Below, piece by piece: positions 9,401-18,684 of a DNA stretch of 64,000 bases. Made by a program: the position numbers and the translations under genes. The notes below the pieces were generated by a model. That model was not told where the DNA came from and made no database searches. It saw only the letters and a list, made by a program, of their open reading frames with translations. Source of the DNA: Patescibacteria group bacterium. Lineage in GTDB: Bacteria; Patescibacteriota; Minisyncoccia; Phycocordibacterales; JBBUBG01. The stretch's first letter is position 1. Every line of letters starts with the position of its first letter. The stretch covers positions 58,252-122,251 of the forward strand of contig JAZKIQ010000004.1 in the NCBI GenBank assembly GCA_040384765.1. The letters are read 5' to 3'.

Positions 9401-10930
9401 CTATCTTGCGTACTCAATCGTTCGATTCTCTCGGACGACGATCACTTTGATCTCTCCTGGGTACTTGAGCTCTTGCTCGATGCGCACTGCTATCTCGCGA
9501 GCCATCTTTTTTGCTTCGATATCCGAAACGTCCAAAGGGTTTACAAAGACGCGAACTTCACGCCCTGCTTGGATGGCGTAGCTGCGCTCCACTCCTTTAA
9601 ATGAGGTTGCAATTGCTTCGAGGTCATGGAGGCGTTTGAGGTAGTTTTCTACCGAGTCGCGTCGTGCGCCTGGGCGCCCACCAGAGATCGCATCCGCGGT
9701 CTGCACGATAACAGACTCGATCGTCTCGTACGGATACTCTTCATGGTGCGACTGCATTGCTGAAATGATTCGCGGATCTGCGCCAAACTTCTGGAGAATA
9801 CGTCGGCCAATGTCGACGTGGGTGCCCGCCACCTCATGATCTACTGCTTTTCCGATGTCGTGCACCAGTGCTCCTGCTCGGGCGACGGCGACGTCGGCTC
9901 CAAGCTCCTCGGCGAGCATCCCTGCGATGTGAGCCATCTCTGTCGAGTGCTGGAGGACATTTTGTCCGTAGCTCGTACGGAAATGGAGGCGGCCTAGGAT
10001 CGAGATAATGCGTGGGTCGAGGTTGAACACCCCTGTTTCATAGGCGGCTCGTTCACCCTCCTCTTTGATGATCTTGTTGATCTCATTTTTGGCGTGCTCT
10101 ACAGCCTCCTCAATCTTTGCAGGCTGAATGCGCCCATCGTGGATCAGGTTTTCAAGGGCTACTTTTGCGATATGGCGGCGTACCGGGTCGAATGCGGAGA
10201 TGATGATAACGCCCGGGGTGTCGTCGATTACGAGCTCTACTCCTGCCGCGCGCTCAAAAGCCCGAATGTTACGACCCTCCTTGCCGATAATTTTCCCTTT
10301 TACCTCGTCACCGGGGAGGGCGACCGAGGTTGTCATCGCCTCGCCAGCTGTAGACTGAGCAAGTCGCTGGATCGATGTCGAGAGAATATCCTTTGCCTTT
10401 CGGTCGAGGCGCTCCACGCCGTCACGCTCGAGTTTTTGCATCCGAACGGTGAGATCTTCCGCATGGATTCGCTCCATGTTCGAAAAAAGCTCATCGCGAG
10501 CCTCTTTTTCTGAAAGCTTTGCTGTTTTCTCAAGGAGAGCCTGGCGCTCGGTCTCGAGCGTTTTTGCTTTTTCCTTGAGCTCTTTTATCTCAGCAATCTT
10601 TCCTTTTAGGCTTTCTACCTCGCGGTCGATATCACTTTGGCGACGGTCAAGGTTCTCATCTTTTCGGAGCAGCCGGTCCTCAAGCTTTTTCATCTTCTCG
10701 CTTTCAGACCGGAGATCTTCCTCGGTTCGCGCTACGCGATCCGCAGCCTTTCGCTCCGCATCTTCGGTGATTCGTGCAGCTTCTGTTTTTGCATCAAGAA
10801 GCATCTGCTTTACCGAGAGCTCGATCGACCCTTTTTGACCAAGGGAGATGAGCCAGCGGAGAAAGTAGCCGATGCATACTCCTAAGAGGCCGACAGAACC
10901 GGCCACAAGGAGCACTGTTTTAGTAAGCAT
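9401..10930 (-). CDS. rny: ribonuclease Y
   Basis: N-terminal TM, coiled coil, KH (KGKIIGKEGRNIRAFE) and HD (LVHDIGKA) domains. Confidence 0.97.
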   Translation of the reverse strand: MLTKTVLLVAGSVGLLGVCIGYFLRWLISLGQKGSIELSVKQMLLDAKTEAARITEDAERKAADRVARTEEDLRSESEKMKKLEDRLLRKDENLDRRQSDIDREVESLKGKIAEIKELKEKAKTLETERQALLEKTAKLSEKEARDELFSNMERIHAEDLTVRMQKLERDGVERLDRKAKDILSTSIQRLAQSTAGEAMTTSVALPGDEVKGKIIGKEGRNIRAFERAAGVELVIDDTPGVIIISAFDPVRRHIAKVALENLIHDGRIQPAKIEEAVEHAKNEINKIIKEEGERAAYETGVFNLDPRIISILGRLHFRTSYGQNVLQHSTEMAHIAGMLAEELGADVAVARAGALVHDIGKAVDHEVAGTHVDIGRRILQKFGADPRIISAMQSHHEEYPYETIESVIVQTADAISGGRPGARRDSVENYLKRLHDLEAIATSFKGVERSYAIQAGREVRVFVNPLDVSDIEAKKMAREIAVRIEQELKYPGEIKVIVVRENRTIEYAR

Positions 10931-10946
10931 TCGTCTGGTCTTAAAG

Positions 10947-11137
10947 GAGCTTTTCTTAAAAAGAATCGCGTCGCGAGCCTCTTAGAATTCGAAGCGAGAA
11001 CCAAAAAATGTGAGGAGTTGTATGAATATACTACTCGGAGCATTTTGTAGGTTCGCAGCCGGATTCTAAGGGGCGCAGTAGCGATAGGCGACGCGTCAGC
11101 AGTATGCTTTCTTCGCCGATATTTTTAAGAAGAGCTC
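10947..11137. repeat. 191-nt fold-back element (family C, copy 2) upstream of rny
   Basis: Stems GAGCTTTTCTTAAAAA/TTTTTAAGAAGAGCTC and GCCTCTTAGAATTCG/CGGATTCTAAGGGGC; shares motifs with 9054-9236. Confidence 0.75.
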
Positions 11138-11379
11138 TTGGACAGTCTGAGTCCTGCGCGCGGCAGTGCGATATACGCACGTTCCAGCTGGAAAGGGGGG
11201 AAAATCAAGAGAGAAAGGGGAAAGGCGATCCGTTCAATCGTGGTGGAAAAGACGCTCGGGATGTACAGACTGTCCATGTTATTAATGGGAATACGGCTAC
11301 AAAATACCATTCTTCAACAATTCTGTCGAGGATACTCAAAATAGATTGAAGTTGAGCCATTTTAGAGCTATTTCTTAAC

Positions 11380-11408
11380 TTGACTTTTAGATAAAAAACT
11401 GTTATAAT
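11380..11408 (+). promoter_or_regulatory. strong sigma70 promoter
   Basis: TTGACT-17 nt-TATAAT with extended TG. Confidence 0.8.
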
Positions 11409-11463
11409 ATAAGAGATCCGACGCCGTTCAGTGTGAACACTGTCGGGAAAAGGAAGGTGTGTT

Positions 11464-12042
11464 ATGGAAACTAACACGGAGCTTTCGCTCGATGTTGGCC
11501 AAGCAAATGAGCTCAAGCTCGCGTTCCGCCGAACTGGCTGGACGAATGCAGAGATCAAGATGCTGTGTGAGGGGAGCAAGCTTCGCAAAGTGCTTCTCAC
11601 GCTCCGCGGCTGGGCAGAAATCAGCGTGCCGAAAGTGGATCTTTCCGCCAGCCCGTCGCTCTACAGCTCGCTTGCGGTTGTGCAGGAGCATGAGGTTGGG
11701 CCCCAGCACTGGGAATGGGATCCGGGTAACACCGAGCTGTATGTCCACCAGTACCAGAGGAAAGGGTGGGCCCTCAACACGGTTGAGCTTCGAAAGGAGC
11801 TCGCAGGCCGGAAGACGCTCAACGCGTGCCTCATCGACTTCCTCCTCGCGCATCCGCACCTGATTCCTCCTGAGTGGGAATCGTGGCATGTGCTCTTCTT
11901 GGGGACGACCTATCGCGACGTGATGTTCGATGTGTCGCGAATCAGGTATCTCTACCGGAAGGGTACAGACTGGAAAGGTGGGGACGTTAAGGTGGGTGAT
12001 CATCTGAACGATAGGTACCGCGCGCTCCTGGTTAGGGAGTAG
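11464..12042 (+). CDS. hypothetical protein
   Basis: 192 aa ORF with its own promoter, SD-like AGGAAGGTG and a downstream terminator. Confidence 0.75.
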   Translation: METNTELSLDVGQANELKLAFRRTGWTNAEIKMLCEGSKLRKVLLTLRGWAEISVPKVDLSASPSLYSSLAVVQEHEVGPQHWEWDPGNTELYVHQYQRKGWALNTVELRKELAGRKTLNACLIDFLLAHPHLIPPEWESWHVLFLGTTYRDVMFDVSRIRYLYRKGTDWKGGDVKVGDHLNDRYRALLVRE

Positions 12043-12061
12043 CCGTCGGTAGACTGTTCTT

Positions 12062-12102
12062 GCCCCGTTCTTTCGCTTAGGCGAAACGAGCGGGGCTTTT
12101 TT
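12062..12102 (+). terminator. intrinsic terminator
   Basis: GCCCCG...CGGGGC stem followed by T6. Confidence 0.65.
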
Positions 12103-12121
12103 GTATAAAGCTTGGCTCGAA

Positions 12122-12275
12122 GGTATTTCTTTTGAAAAAGCTTGCGCAGTCGCCCGCAGCAGGGTGCGGGCCTTTTGTGAGAGTTGCTCAGCAGAGCAAA
12201 GGCCCGATCGGGCGACGAGCGGCAAGACAAAAGCCCCGCTGGGGGCATTTAGTCTGGTTTTGCAAAAGAAGTACC
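12122..12275. repeat. 154-nt multi-stem fold-back element
   Basis: Nested stems GGTATTTCTTTTG/CAAAAGAAGTACC, CTTGC/GCAAG, GTCGCCC/GGGCGAC and CGGGCCTTT/AAAGGCCCG. Confidence 0.65.
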
Positions 12276-12284
12276 GAGGGCCTT

Positions 12285-12884
12285 CTATTTCTTCGCCTCC
12301 GCTTTCGGCTTCAAGATCTCATCCACAATGCCGTATTTCTTGGCCTCATCTGCGCCCATGAAAAAGTCGCGATCGGTATCTTTTTCAAGTACAGAGAGAG
12401 CCTTGCCGGTATGTTTTGCGAGAATAGCGTTCAACTGAGCCTTGAGCTTGAGGATCTGGCGAGCAGTGATCTCGATATCCGATGCCTGGCCTTCAGCGCC
12501 ACCAAGCGGCTGGTGGATCATCACTTCCGAGTTGGGGAGGACGAAGCGCTTGCCCTTTTCGCCCGCGGCAAGAAGGATCGATGCCATAGAGGCTGCAATA
12601 CCCACGCAGATTGTCGATACTTTTGGCTTGATATGCTGCATTGTGTCGTAGATCGCAAGACCTGCGTACACAGAGCCACCCCCTGAGTTGATATAGAGGG
12701 AGATATCTTTGTTAGAGTCTTTCGATTCAAGATACAGAAACTGAGCGATGATCGTGTTGGCGACATTTTCATCGATCGGCCCTGCGAGCATGATGATGCG
12801 CTCTTCGAGGAGGCGAGAGTAGATGTCGTATGCGCGCTCGCCAAACTGCGACTTCTCGATGACGGTGGGGATTAAGATTGACAT
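12285..12884 (-). CDS. clpP: ATP-dependent Clp protease proteolytic subunit
   Basis: [28 protein letters not shown] and MIHQPLGG. Confidence 0.98.
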   Translation of the reverse strand: MSILIPTVIEKSQFGERAYDIYSRLLEERIIMLAGPIDENVANTIIAQFLYLESKDSNKDISLYINSGGGSVYAGLAIYDTMQHIKPKVSTICVGIAASMASILLAAGEKGKRFVLPNSEVMIHQPLGGAEGQASDIEITARQILKLKAQLNAILAKHTGKALSVLEKDTDRDFFMGADEAKKYGIVDEILKPKAEAKK

Positions 12885-12890
12885 GGAAGA

Positions 12891-12972
12891 AATGACTTAA
12901 TGACTAATGACGAATGACCAATGAATGCGGGTGTCCGATTTTCTAGACATTAGACATTAGGCATTAGTCATT
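12891..12972. repeat. inverted pair of degenerate 7-mer tandem arrays
   Basis: AATGACT(T) AATGACT AATGACG AATGACC AATGAAT ... AGACATT AGACATT AGGCATT AGTCATT. Confidence 0.8.
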
Positions 12973-12983
12973 TGCAAATTGAT

Positions 12984-13979
12984 TTACTTCTGCGACTCAA
13001 GAAACTGCAACACCTTCTCATTCAAAAGCATCCCTTCTACATAGAGCTGCGCGCGCTCCGGATCAGCACCCTGGTACTGTGCCATCACTTCAGCGGTCTC
13101 CTTTTCTACCTCCTCAGGAGATGCCTCAAGCTTCTCCTTTTTCCCGATCTGTTTGAGGATTAGCTCAAAGCGTACACGCTTTTCTGCTGCCTCGCGCATC
13201 TCTCGGCGGATATCCTCCTCGGTTTTTCCTGTGGACTCTACATATCCTGGAAAGGTGCCTCCTGCACGCACGATGTCTGCTTTCATCTGGCTTACCATGC
13301 GCTCGAGCTCGGTATCTACGAGTATTGCGGGAAGCTCTGAGGTGCTCTTCTCAAGAATCCCTTCGAGGATTGCCGTGCGCTTCTTGTCGCGGAGCTTGAT
13401 CTCTTTCTCAAGACTAATGTTTTTTCCAATCTTTTCTTTAAAATCAGCCACACTTTCAAACTTGCCGAGCGTTTTTACAAATTCGTCGGTAAGCTCGGGG
13501 GCGGCTTCACCCTCTTTGGTTCGCAGCTTCTTTATCTCTGCAACTACATCCTCGACCTCTTTCTCGGAGGCGAGGGCAGTCTCGGTGTTCGCTGCAAGGC
13601 TCTCTTTGGCGATCTTTTTGTAGTCGGGGAGTACCACCTCGGGCATGACGGCTGTCTTGATGGTAAAGAGAACAGGCGCTCCCTTTTCGAGCTTTGTTAT
13701 CGATATTTCAGGCCGGCCGAGTGCCTCGATCCCATGCTCTTCGATAATCTCCGGGTACGCCCGCTCGAGGGCTCGGTGAGCCATCTCCTCGAGAAGAGCC
13801 CCCTCACCAAATTTTTGAATAAGTACTTTCTCGGGGGCCTCGCCTGGGCGGAATCCATCGATATGTATAGATGCTGCAATGTGGCGTACTGCCTTTCCGC
13901 GCTGTTTTTCAAAAAGCTCGGGGGCGATTTCGCCGGCGATAGTGACTGTTGAGTTCTCTCCTTTAGTGAGCGTGGTCAT
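12984..13979 (-). CDS. tig: trigger factor lacking the FKBP/PPIase domain
   Basis: IDGFRPGEAP ribosome-binding motif and C-domain ELTDEFVK...LPAILVDTE; directly upstream of clpP. Confidence 0.92.
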   Translation of the reverse strand: MTTLTKGENSTVTIAGEIAPELFEKQRGKAVRHIAASIHIDGFRPGEAPEKVLIQKFGEGALLEEMAHRALERAYPEIIEEHGIEALGRPEISITKLEKGAPVLFTIKTAVMPEVVLPDYKKIAKESLAANTETALASEKEVEDVVAEIKKLRTKEGEAAPELTDEFVKTLGKFESVADFKEKIGKNISLEKEIKLRDKKRTAILEGILEKSTSELPAILVDTELERMVSQMKADIVRAGGTFPGYVESTGKTEEDIRREMREAAEKRVRFELILKQIGKKEKLEASPEEVEKETAEVMAQYQGADPERAQLYVEGMLLNEKVLQFLESQK

Positions 13980-14062
13980 GATAAAAAAATATAAGAGTCT
14001 CCAATTATACAACTAAAAAGGCCTCTTGAAAAGCCCTGCACACTTTTTCTCTAGACCGGCGA

Positions 14063-14326
14063 CTAGTTCTTCGTACTGCTTGCTGTCTCTTCGAGCGCGT
14101 TTAGCTTGGCCTCAATATCAGACAGATCGAGCTCTCCGTAGTCGCTTTTGAGGGTTCCTACATCATCTGTGCCTGTGGCATGAGGGCGGTCGCTCTCGGC
14201 TGAGATAAGAGGGGACGCCGCTTCGCGCTTTTTGATGCTTGCATACGCACCGATTCCAAGGAGCACAATAAGTGCTCCAACGAGGAAAAGCGGTCGAGAT
14301 TGAATGAACGATGAGCGAGGACGCAT
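14063..14326 (-). CDS. small membrane-anchored hypothetical protein
   Basis: One N-terminal TM; in line with nusA and tig. Confidence 0.65.
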   Translation of the reverse strand: MRPRSSFIQSRPLFLVGALIVLLGIGAYASIKKREAASPLISAESDRPHATGTDDVGTLKSDYGELDLSDIEAKLNALEETASSTKN

Positions 14327-14338
14327 GCTGCGATGCGA

Positions 14339-14881
14339 TTAGCGGCTCTCTTCGGAAGAGGTGTTGGGGTTCCTTTCGAGATCGGCTGCCAGCTCAAGTG
14401 CGTCGATGGTTGCGCCGATCTTTTTATGAGTGAGAAGTACTGCATCCTGAGCATCTTTGATCGAGAGGCGAGCTTCTGTGAGCGCTTCTTTGAGGTTTCC
14501 AAAACCAAGCACTTCAGTGACATTCTCTTCGATGCTCTCAATTGCTGTTTTTGCACCTTCGAGTGCAGCCTTTGCTTCGATGAGTGACTGCTTTGCGTCC
14601 TCAACATTGCGGCGCTCCTCTTCAAATTTGCGTACGCGAGAATCGATGCGAACAAGAAGGTCCTCCTGCTTCTGGGATAGTACCGAAAGGCGATCTGCGG
14701 CTTCTCGGGCATACTGGACTGTTTTTTCTTTTTGAAACTCCGAAAGCCTGCTCTTTTGGAGCACTTTTGGGGTTGTAGATGTAGCTTTCTCTACTGGCGT
14801 GTGTACTGCGTAGACTGCTCCGCTTGGGACCGCCGAGAGGAGAGAGAGAAGGGCGGCTGCGGCAAAAAACGTTGATTTCAT
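14339..14881 (-). CDS. secreted coiled-coil hypothetical protein
   Basis: Signal peptide followed by helical heptads. Confidence 0.75.
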   Translation of the reverse strand: MKSTFFAAAALLSLLSAVPSGAVYAVHTPVEKATSTTPKVLQKSRLSEFQKEKTVQYAREAADRLSVLSQKQEDLLVRIDSRVRKFEEERRNVEDAKQSLIEAKAALEGAKTAIESIEENVTEVLGFGNLKEALTEARLSIKDAQDAVLLTHKKIGATIDALELAADLERNPNTSSEESR

Positions 14882-14920
14882 GGGGTAACGAGGGTGCTGC
14901 CCTCGAGGTAGATAATACCC

Positions 14921-16138
14921 TTAGGATGCTGCTTCGTCAATTGAAGCGGTGCCCTCTTCGGGGATTTCTTTTTCGGGGGTAGCTTCAGGTTTTGGTGCGG
15001 CGGTTGAGCGGATGTCGATCTTCCAGCCAGTGAGGCGGGCGGCAAGGCGCACGTTCTGGCCACCTTTGCCGATGGCGAGAGAAAACTGGTCCTCATCTAC
15101 GAATACGGTTGCCTCTTTCGACTCGGATCGGAGCTCTATGCGGCTGATCTTGGCAGGGGAAAGGGCTGAGGAGATATACTCGTCGGCTTTGAGAGAGAAT
15201 TCGATCACATCGATCTTCTCGCCTCCAAGCTCGCTGATCACCGTCGACACGCGTACGCCGCGCTGACCTACGCATGAGCCGACAGGGTCGATGTTGGGGT
15301 CTTTAGAAGCGACAGCGATCTTGGTGCGGCTGCCTGGCTCGCGAGCAATGCTCTCGATCGTGACCGTACCCTCTGCAATCTCGGGTGTCTCTACTTCAAA
15401 AAGCTTTGCGACAAACTGGGGATGGGAGCGTGACATGCGCACGTTTACGCCGCGAGGAGTGTCCTCAACCGAGAAGAGGTATGCTCGAATGCGCTCGCCT
15501 TGGCCGAAATGCTCGCCAGGGATCTGCTCTTCGCGAGGAAGAATACCGGTCGTGCGTCCGAGGTCCACAAAAAGAGTCCCGCGCTCGACGCGTTGTACCT
15601 TTCCTGAAACGATCTCTCCCTGGCGCTTGCCGTACTCACCGATCACGGCGCCTCGCTCTGCTTCGCGGATGCGCTGAATGATCACCTGTTTTGCGGTCTG
15701 AGCTGCAATGCGACCAAAGTCATCCTTCACCTCAAGCGGGAAGATGAGCTCGTCGCCAACCTTTGCACCTTTGCGAATCTTTTGAGCGTCCGCGAGCATG
15801 ATGTGGTGCTCTTCATTGAAATATACCTTCTCTGGCACGAGCGATGCTGCGCCTTCAACATGATCCGCTGCGGCAGCTGGCGCATCATCTCCTTCGGCGC
15901 CCTCCTCGAGTGGGTCTTTGAGCATTGACTCGTCGACGACGATCTTTACCTGGTCAAACTCAACTGTGCCGATGTTGGCATCGAGCTTTGCACGGATGAT
16001 CTGGCCTTTCTTGCCGTAGTCTTTTTTGTAGGCAGTAGCAAGAGCCATCTCGACGGCTTCGAGAACTTTTTCTTTTGGAATACCGCGCTCCTCTTCGAGC
16101 TGAGCGAGAGCGGAATGCATTGTTTTGAGGTCGAACAT
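14921..16138 (-). CDS. nusA: transcription termination/antitermination factor NusA
   Basis: FGRIAAQTAKQVI, S1 domain, AREPGSRTKIAV and SLAIGKGGQNVRLA. Confidence 0.97.
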   Translation of the reverse strand: MFDLKTMHSALAQLEEERGIPKEKVLEAVEMALATAYKKDYGKKGQIIRAKLDANIGTVEFDQVKIVVDESMLKDPLEEGAEGDDAPAAAADHVEGAASLVPEKVYFNEEHHIMLADAQKIRKGAKVGDELIFPLEVKDDFGRIAAQTAKQVIIQRIREAERGAVIGEYGKRQGEIVSGKVQRVERGTLFVDLGRTTGILPREEQIPGEHFGQGERIRAYLFSVEDTPRGVNVRMSRSHPQFVAKLFEVETPEIAEGTVTIESIAREPGSRTKIAVASKDPNIDPVGSCVGQRGVRVSTVISELGGEKIDVIEFSLKADEYISSALSPAKISRIELRSESKEATVFVDEDQFSLAIGKGGQNVRLAARLTGWKIDIRSTAAPKPEATPEKEIPEEGTASIDEAAS

Positions 16139-16250
16139 GTTAGATAGGGATTAGTACAGAAGGGACAAGGGACCAGGTGGTCCAATACCTCTTCTTAAAA
16201 AAAGAAAGTCCTGGCTTGCGCCGGACGTCCTTTTTGGATAATAGCATCAC

Positions 16251-17246
16251 TTAGTACCCCCAGTCAAATGAGTCCCAGTCGGAGCTGACGTACTCGCTTC
16301 CGTACGAAGGAGGGAGGTTCCAGCTGTCGTCCGAGGACCAGATATCCCCAGAAATGAGGCTTCCCGTGAGGGGAAGATCGTTTGCGGAGTTTGAGTACAG
16401 GTAGTCGTAGCGGGCAGAGGAGATTGCGTTGAGTGTTTCTGGGTAGTACCCGTGGTCGTTGTCTGACATGTAGCCAAAGATATCTTCATCATCAGAGAAG
16501 AGGGTGCTTGGCGTGCTCGCTGGTACGTAGCCACTCGAGTATGAAGTAGGGGAAGCGGAGTAAAACGGAGTCGAGGCATCATACGTGCGACCGTAGTTTT
16601 CGAGCTCTGCTACATAGCCTGAAGTAAGCGGTGCGCCTGGGTAGTACTCGCGTGCCGGGGCAAGGCGTGATGGCGAGATATATGAAGAGCCGTTTACACA
16701 GTAGCCACAGCTGTTGCCAAGGTTGCCGAGCGATACGGAAGCGCTCCAGACTGTTGGGTATGGGCCCGAAAGGGGAACGATATAGTAGTCAGGGGTGTAG
16801 GTGTTGTAGGAGGTAAAGCCAGAGCGCGTCGCAAAGGCAGACTGATTGTATGAGGGTGCGCCAAAAAGAGATGCCGACCCTGGTGCAGGAGGCGGATTTG
16901 AGCCAGGTGCTGGTGGCGGGTTTGATCCTGGTGCGAATGAAGCAATAGGAAGGATGTTTGCCGTCCGGGGGAGAGGCGCCACTACGTTTGTATTTATATG
17001 TGTAGTACCACCACCAATAAAGGCTGGTCCGTTATTAATAGGAGCAATGGGTACTGGTGTAGCCACGGGAGCGGCAGCAAAAGGGAGCGGCTTTGTGGCA
17101 AGCGCGGTGGTGTTTGTAGACGATGGGTAGTAGGGGTTGCCGGTATAAAAGGCGGCATCGGTGACTACCTGGGCATGAGCAAAGACAGGGGAGGCAAGAA
17201 GTGCACCCCCGACAACCGCTTTTGCAATATATTTGGTGAGTTCCAT
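16251..17246 (-). CDS. secreted low-complexity Pro/Ser/Tyr/Asp-rich protein
   Basis: Signal peptide ending AHA, APGSNPPP x2 and an acidic aromatic tail; promoter TTGACT-16-TATAAT at 17305-17278. Confidence 0.75.
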   Translation of the reverse strand: MELTKYIAKAVVGGALLASPVFAHAQVVTDAAFYTGNPYYPSSTNTTALATKPLPFAAAPVATPVPIAPINNGPAFIGGGTTHINTNVVAPLPRTANILPIASFAPGSNPPPAPGSNPPPAPGSASLFGAPSYNQSAFATRSGFTSYNTYTPDYYIVPLSGPYPTVWSASVSLGNLGNSCGYCVNGSSYISPSRLAPAREYYPGAPLTSGYVAELENYGRTYDASTPFYSASPTSYSSGYVPASTPSTLFSDDEDIFGYMSDNDHGYYPETLNAISSARYDYLYSNSANDLPLTGSLISGDIWSSDDSWNLPPSYGSEYVSSDWDSFDWGY

Positions 17247-17306
17247 GGCTTTAAATATGGCTTTTTCTGTAGGGTTAATTATACACTAAAATAGGAAAAA
17301 GTCAAG

Positions 17307-17415
17307 CCTCTTCTGGATGTGTCTTTTTGGAACACGGATATTTTTCTGGTGAAAAATTCCTCGAGCTCGCTTCGGCCAAGCTCGCTAGTTTCCAAAAAGA
17401 CACATCCAGAAGAGG
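17307..17415. repeat. family A fold-back element, copy 1
   Basis: 26-bp perfect inverted arms around a core shared with the copies at 31154 and 38003. Confidence 0.9.
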
Positions 17416-17493
17416 TCTTGAGAAGGGGAGGCGGACACTCATGTGGATAAGCACACACGAAGTGAAGAGATGGTGCTGTATGATAAAGGCATT

Positions 17494-18597
17494 ATGAGAC
17501 AATCGCACACTCGTCAGTTTGTTCTTGCTGTTCTGCTTGCTGCGGTTGCGTTCTTTTTGCTCGCGCGGGGGGAGAGCCCTGCTTCAGATTCAAATATAGG
17601 TATCGTGCCCGAGATCGGGGTGCGGCTTGTGCATGCTGGCCCCGACCTTACCGGTGCGCTTTCTGGTGCTGCCTGGTCGAGCACTATCGGCTGGGTAAGC
17701 TTCAACAGTGCCAACTCGTGGACGGGAAGTAGTGTGCCATACGTTGTGCGCTCCGATGCCGATGGGTACCTCTCGGGGCATGCGTGGAATCCAAATATTG
17801 GCTGGCTCTCATTCAACCGCGCAGATACAGGTACTCCTCCGCAGGCGGATATCAGTACGGGAGGGGTGGGTGCGATTGCACGGCTTTCAGGCAACAGACT
17901 CATAGGGTGGGCTCGCTTTCTTTCTGCGTGCACCAAAAATGCGCAAGGGAGGTGCACGGGGACAAACCCCGAAGCAGGTGGCTGGGATGGCTGGGTCTCA
18001 CTGAGCGATTTTAGCGGCGCTGCAAGCTATGGCGTTGGCTTCGACGGCACGATTCTCGGTGGTGGTGCCTATGCCACAAGCGTTGCTTGGGGGAGTACCA
18101 ACGTTGGCTGGCTCTCATTTAGCAAGGCTGCCGTTGGCTACGATGCTGTGAGCTTGGTGCCTGCAAACCAGGCTCCGCCCGAGGGCCTCGCGGCTCCAAC
18201 AGGTCTCGTGCTTGCACCACCACGCCTCTCATTTCTCACCGATCGCCCGGAGACGAGCACCTTCGGTACACTCCACGTAGATATGAATCCACCGGTAACG
18301 ATGACCCTTTCATATGGCGGTGTGCAGGCTCCTGCTGGGGTGACAGTGACTCAGACGATTACGCCGATCTTTAGCCAAAACCCCGTTACTGCATCCTCCA
18401 ACGTCCGCATACGCTTCCGGGTGTGTGCCGCACTTCCGGCAGGGTGCAATGCAGCGAAAGGCCATGCCCTTCCCAAGAGTGGGCAGTATCTCGTGACGAT
18501 CAATGGCACCTATAATGATGGTACCGGCCCTGTGACAGTACCATTTGTGGTGCCGGTCCAGGTGAATTCGCTCGTGAACAAGGTGAAAGAAAAATAG
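17494..18597 (+). CDS. secreted protein with G.AW...IGW[VL]SF repeats
   Basis: Signal/TM segment and 3-4 Trp-rich repeats (SGAAWSSTIGWVSFN, SGHAWNPNIGWLSFN, AWGSTNVGWLSFS). Confidence 0.8.
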   Translation: MRQSHTRQFVLAVLLAAVAFFLLARGESPASDSNIGIVPEIGVRLVHAGPDLTGALSGAAWSSTIGWVSFNSANSWTGSSVPYVVRSDADGYLSGHAWNPNIGWLSFNRADTGTPPQADISTGGVGAIARLSGNRLIGWARFLSACTKNAQGRCTGTNPEAGGWDGWVSLSDFSGAASYGVGFDGTILGGGAYATSVAWGSTNVGWLSFSKAAVGYDAVSLVPANQAPPEGLAAPTGLVLAPPRLSFLTDRPETSTFGTLHVDMNPPVTMTLSYGGVQAPAGVTVTQTITPIFSQNPVTASSNVRIRFRVCAALPAGCNAAKGHALPKSGQYLVTINGTYNDGTGPVTVPFVVPVQVNSLVNKVKEK

Positions 18598-18684
18598 GGA
18601 AGGGTACCCTGGCGCTTGCCTTGTACTTATCAACACCATCCCCGAAGCATGTCGCGTATACTAAACACACAGTAACTTTCCATT

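Noticed and set aside
17341-17390. Family A core as a hammerhead-type ribozyme
   Set aside because: There is no CUGAnGA plus GAAA catalytic core on either strand.
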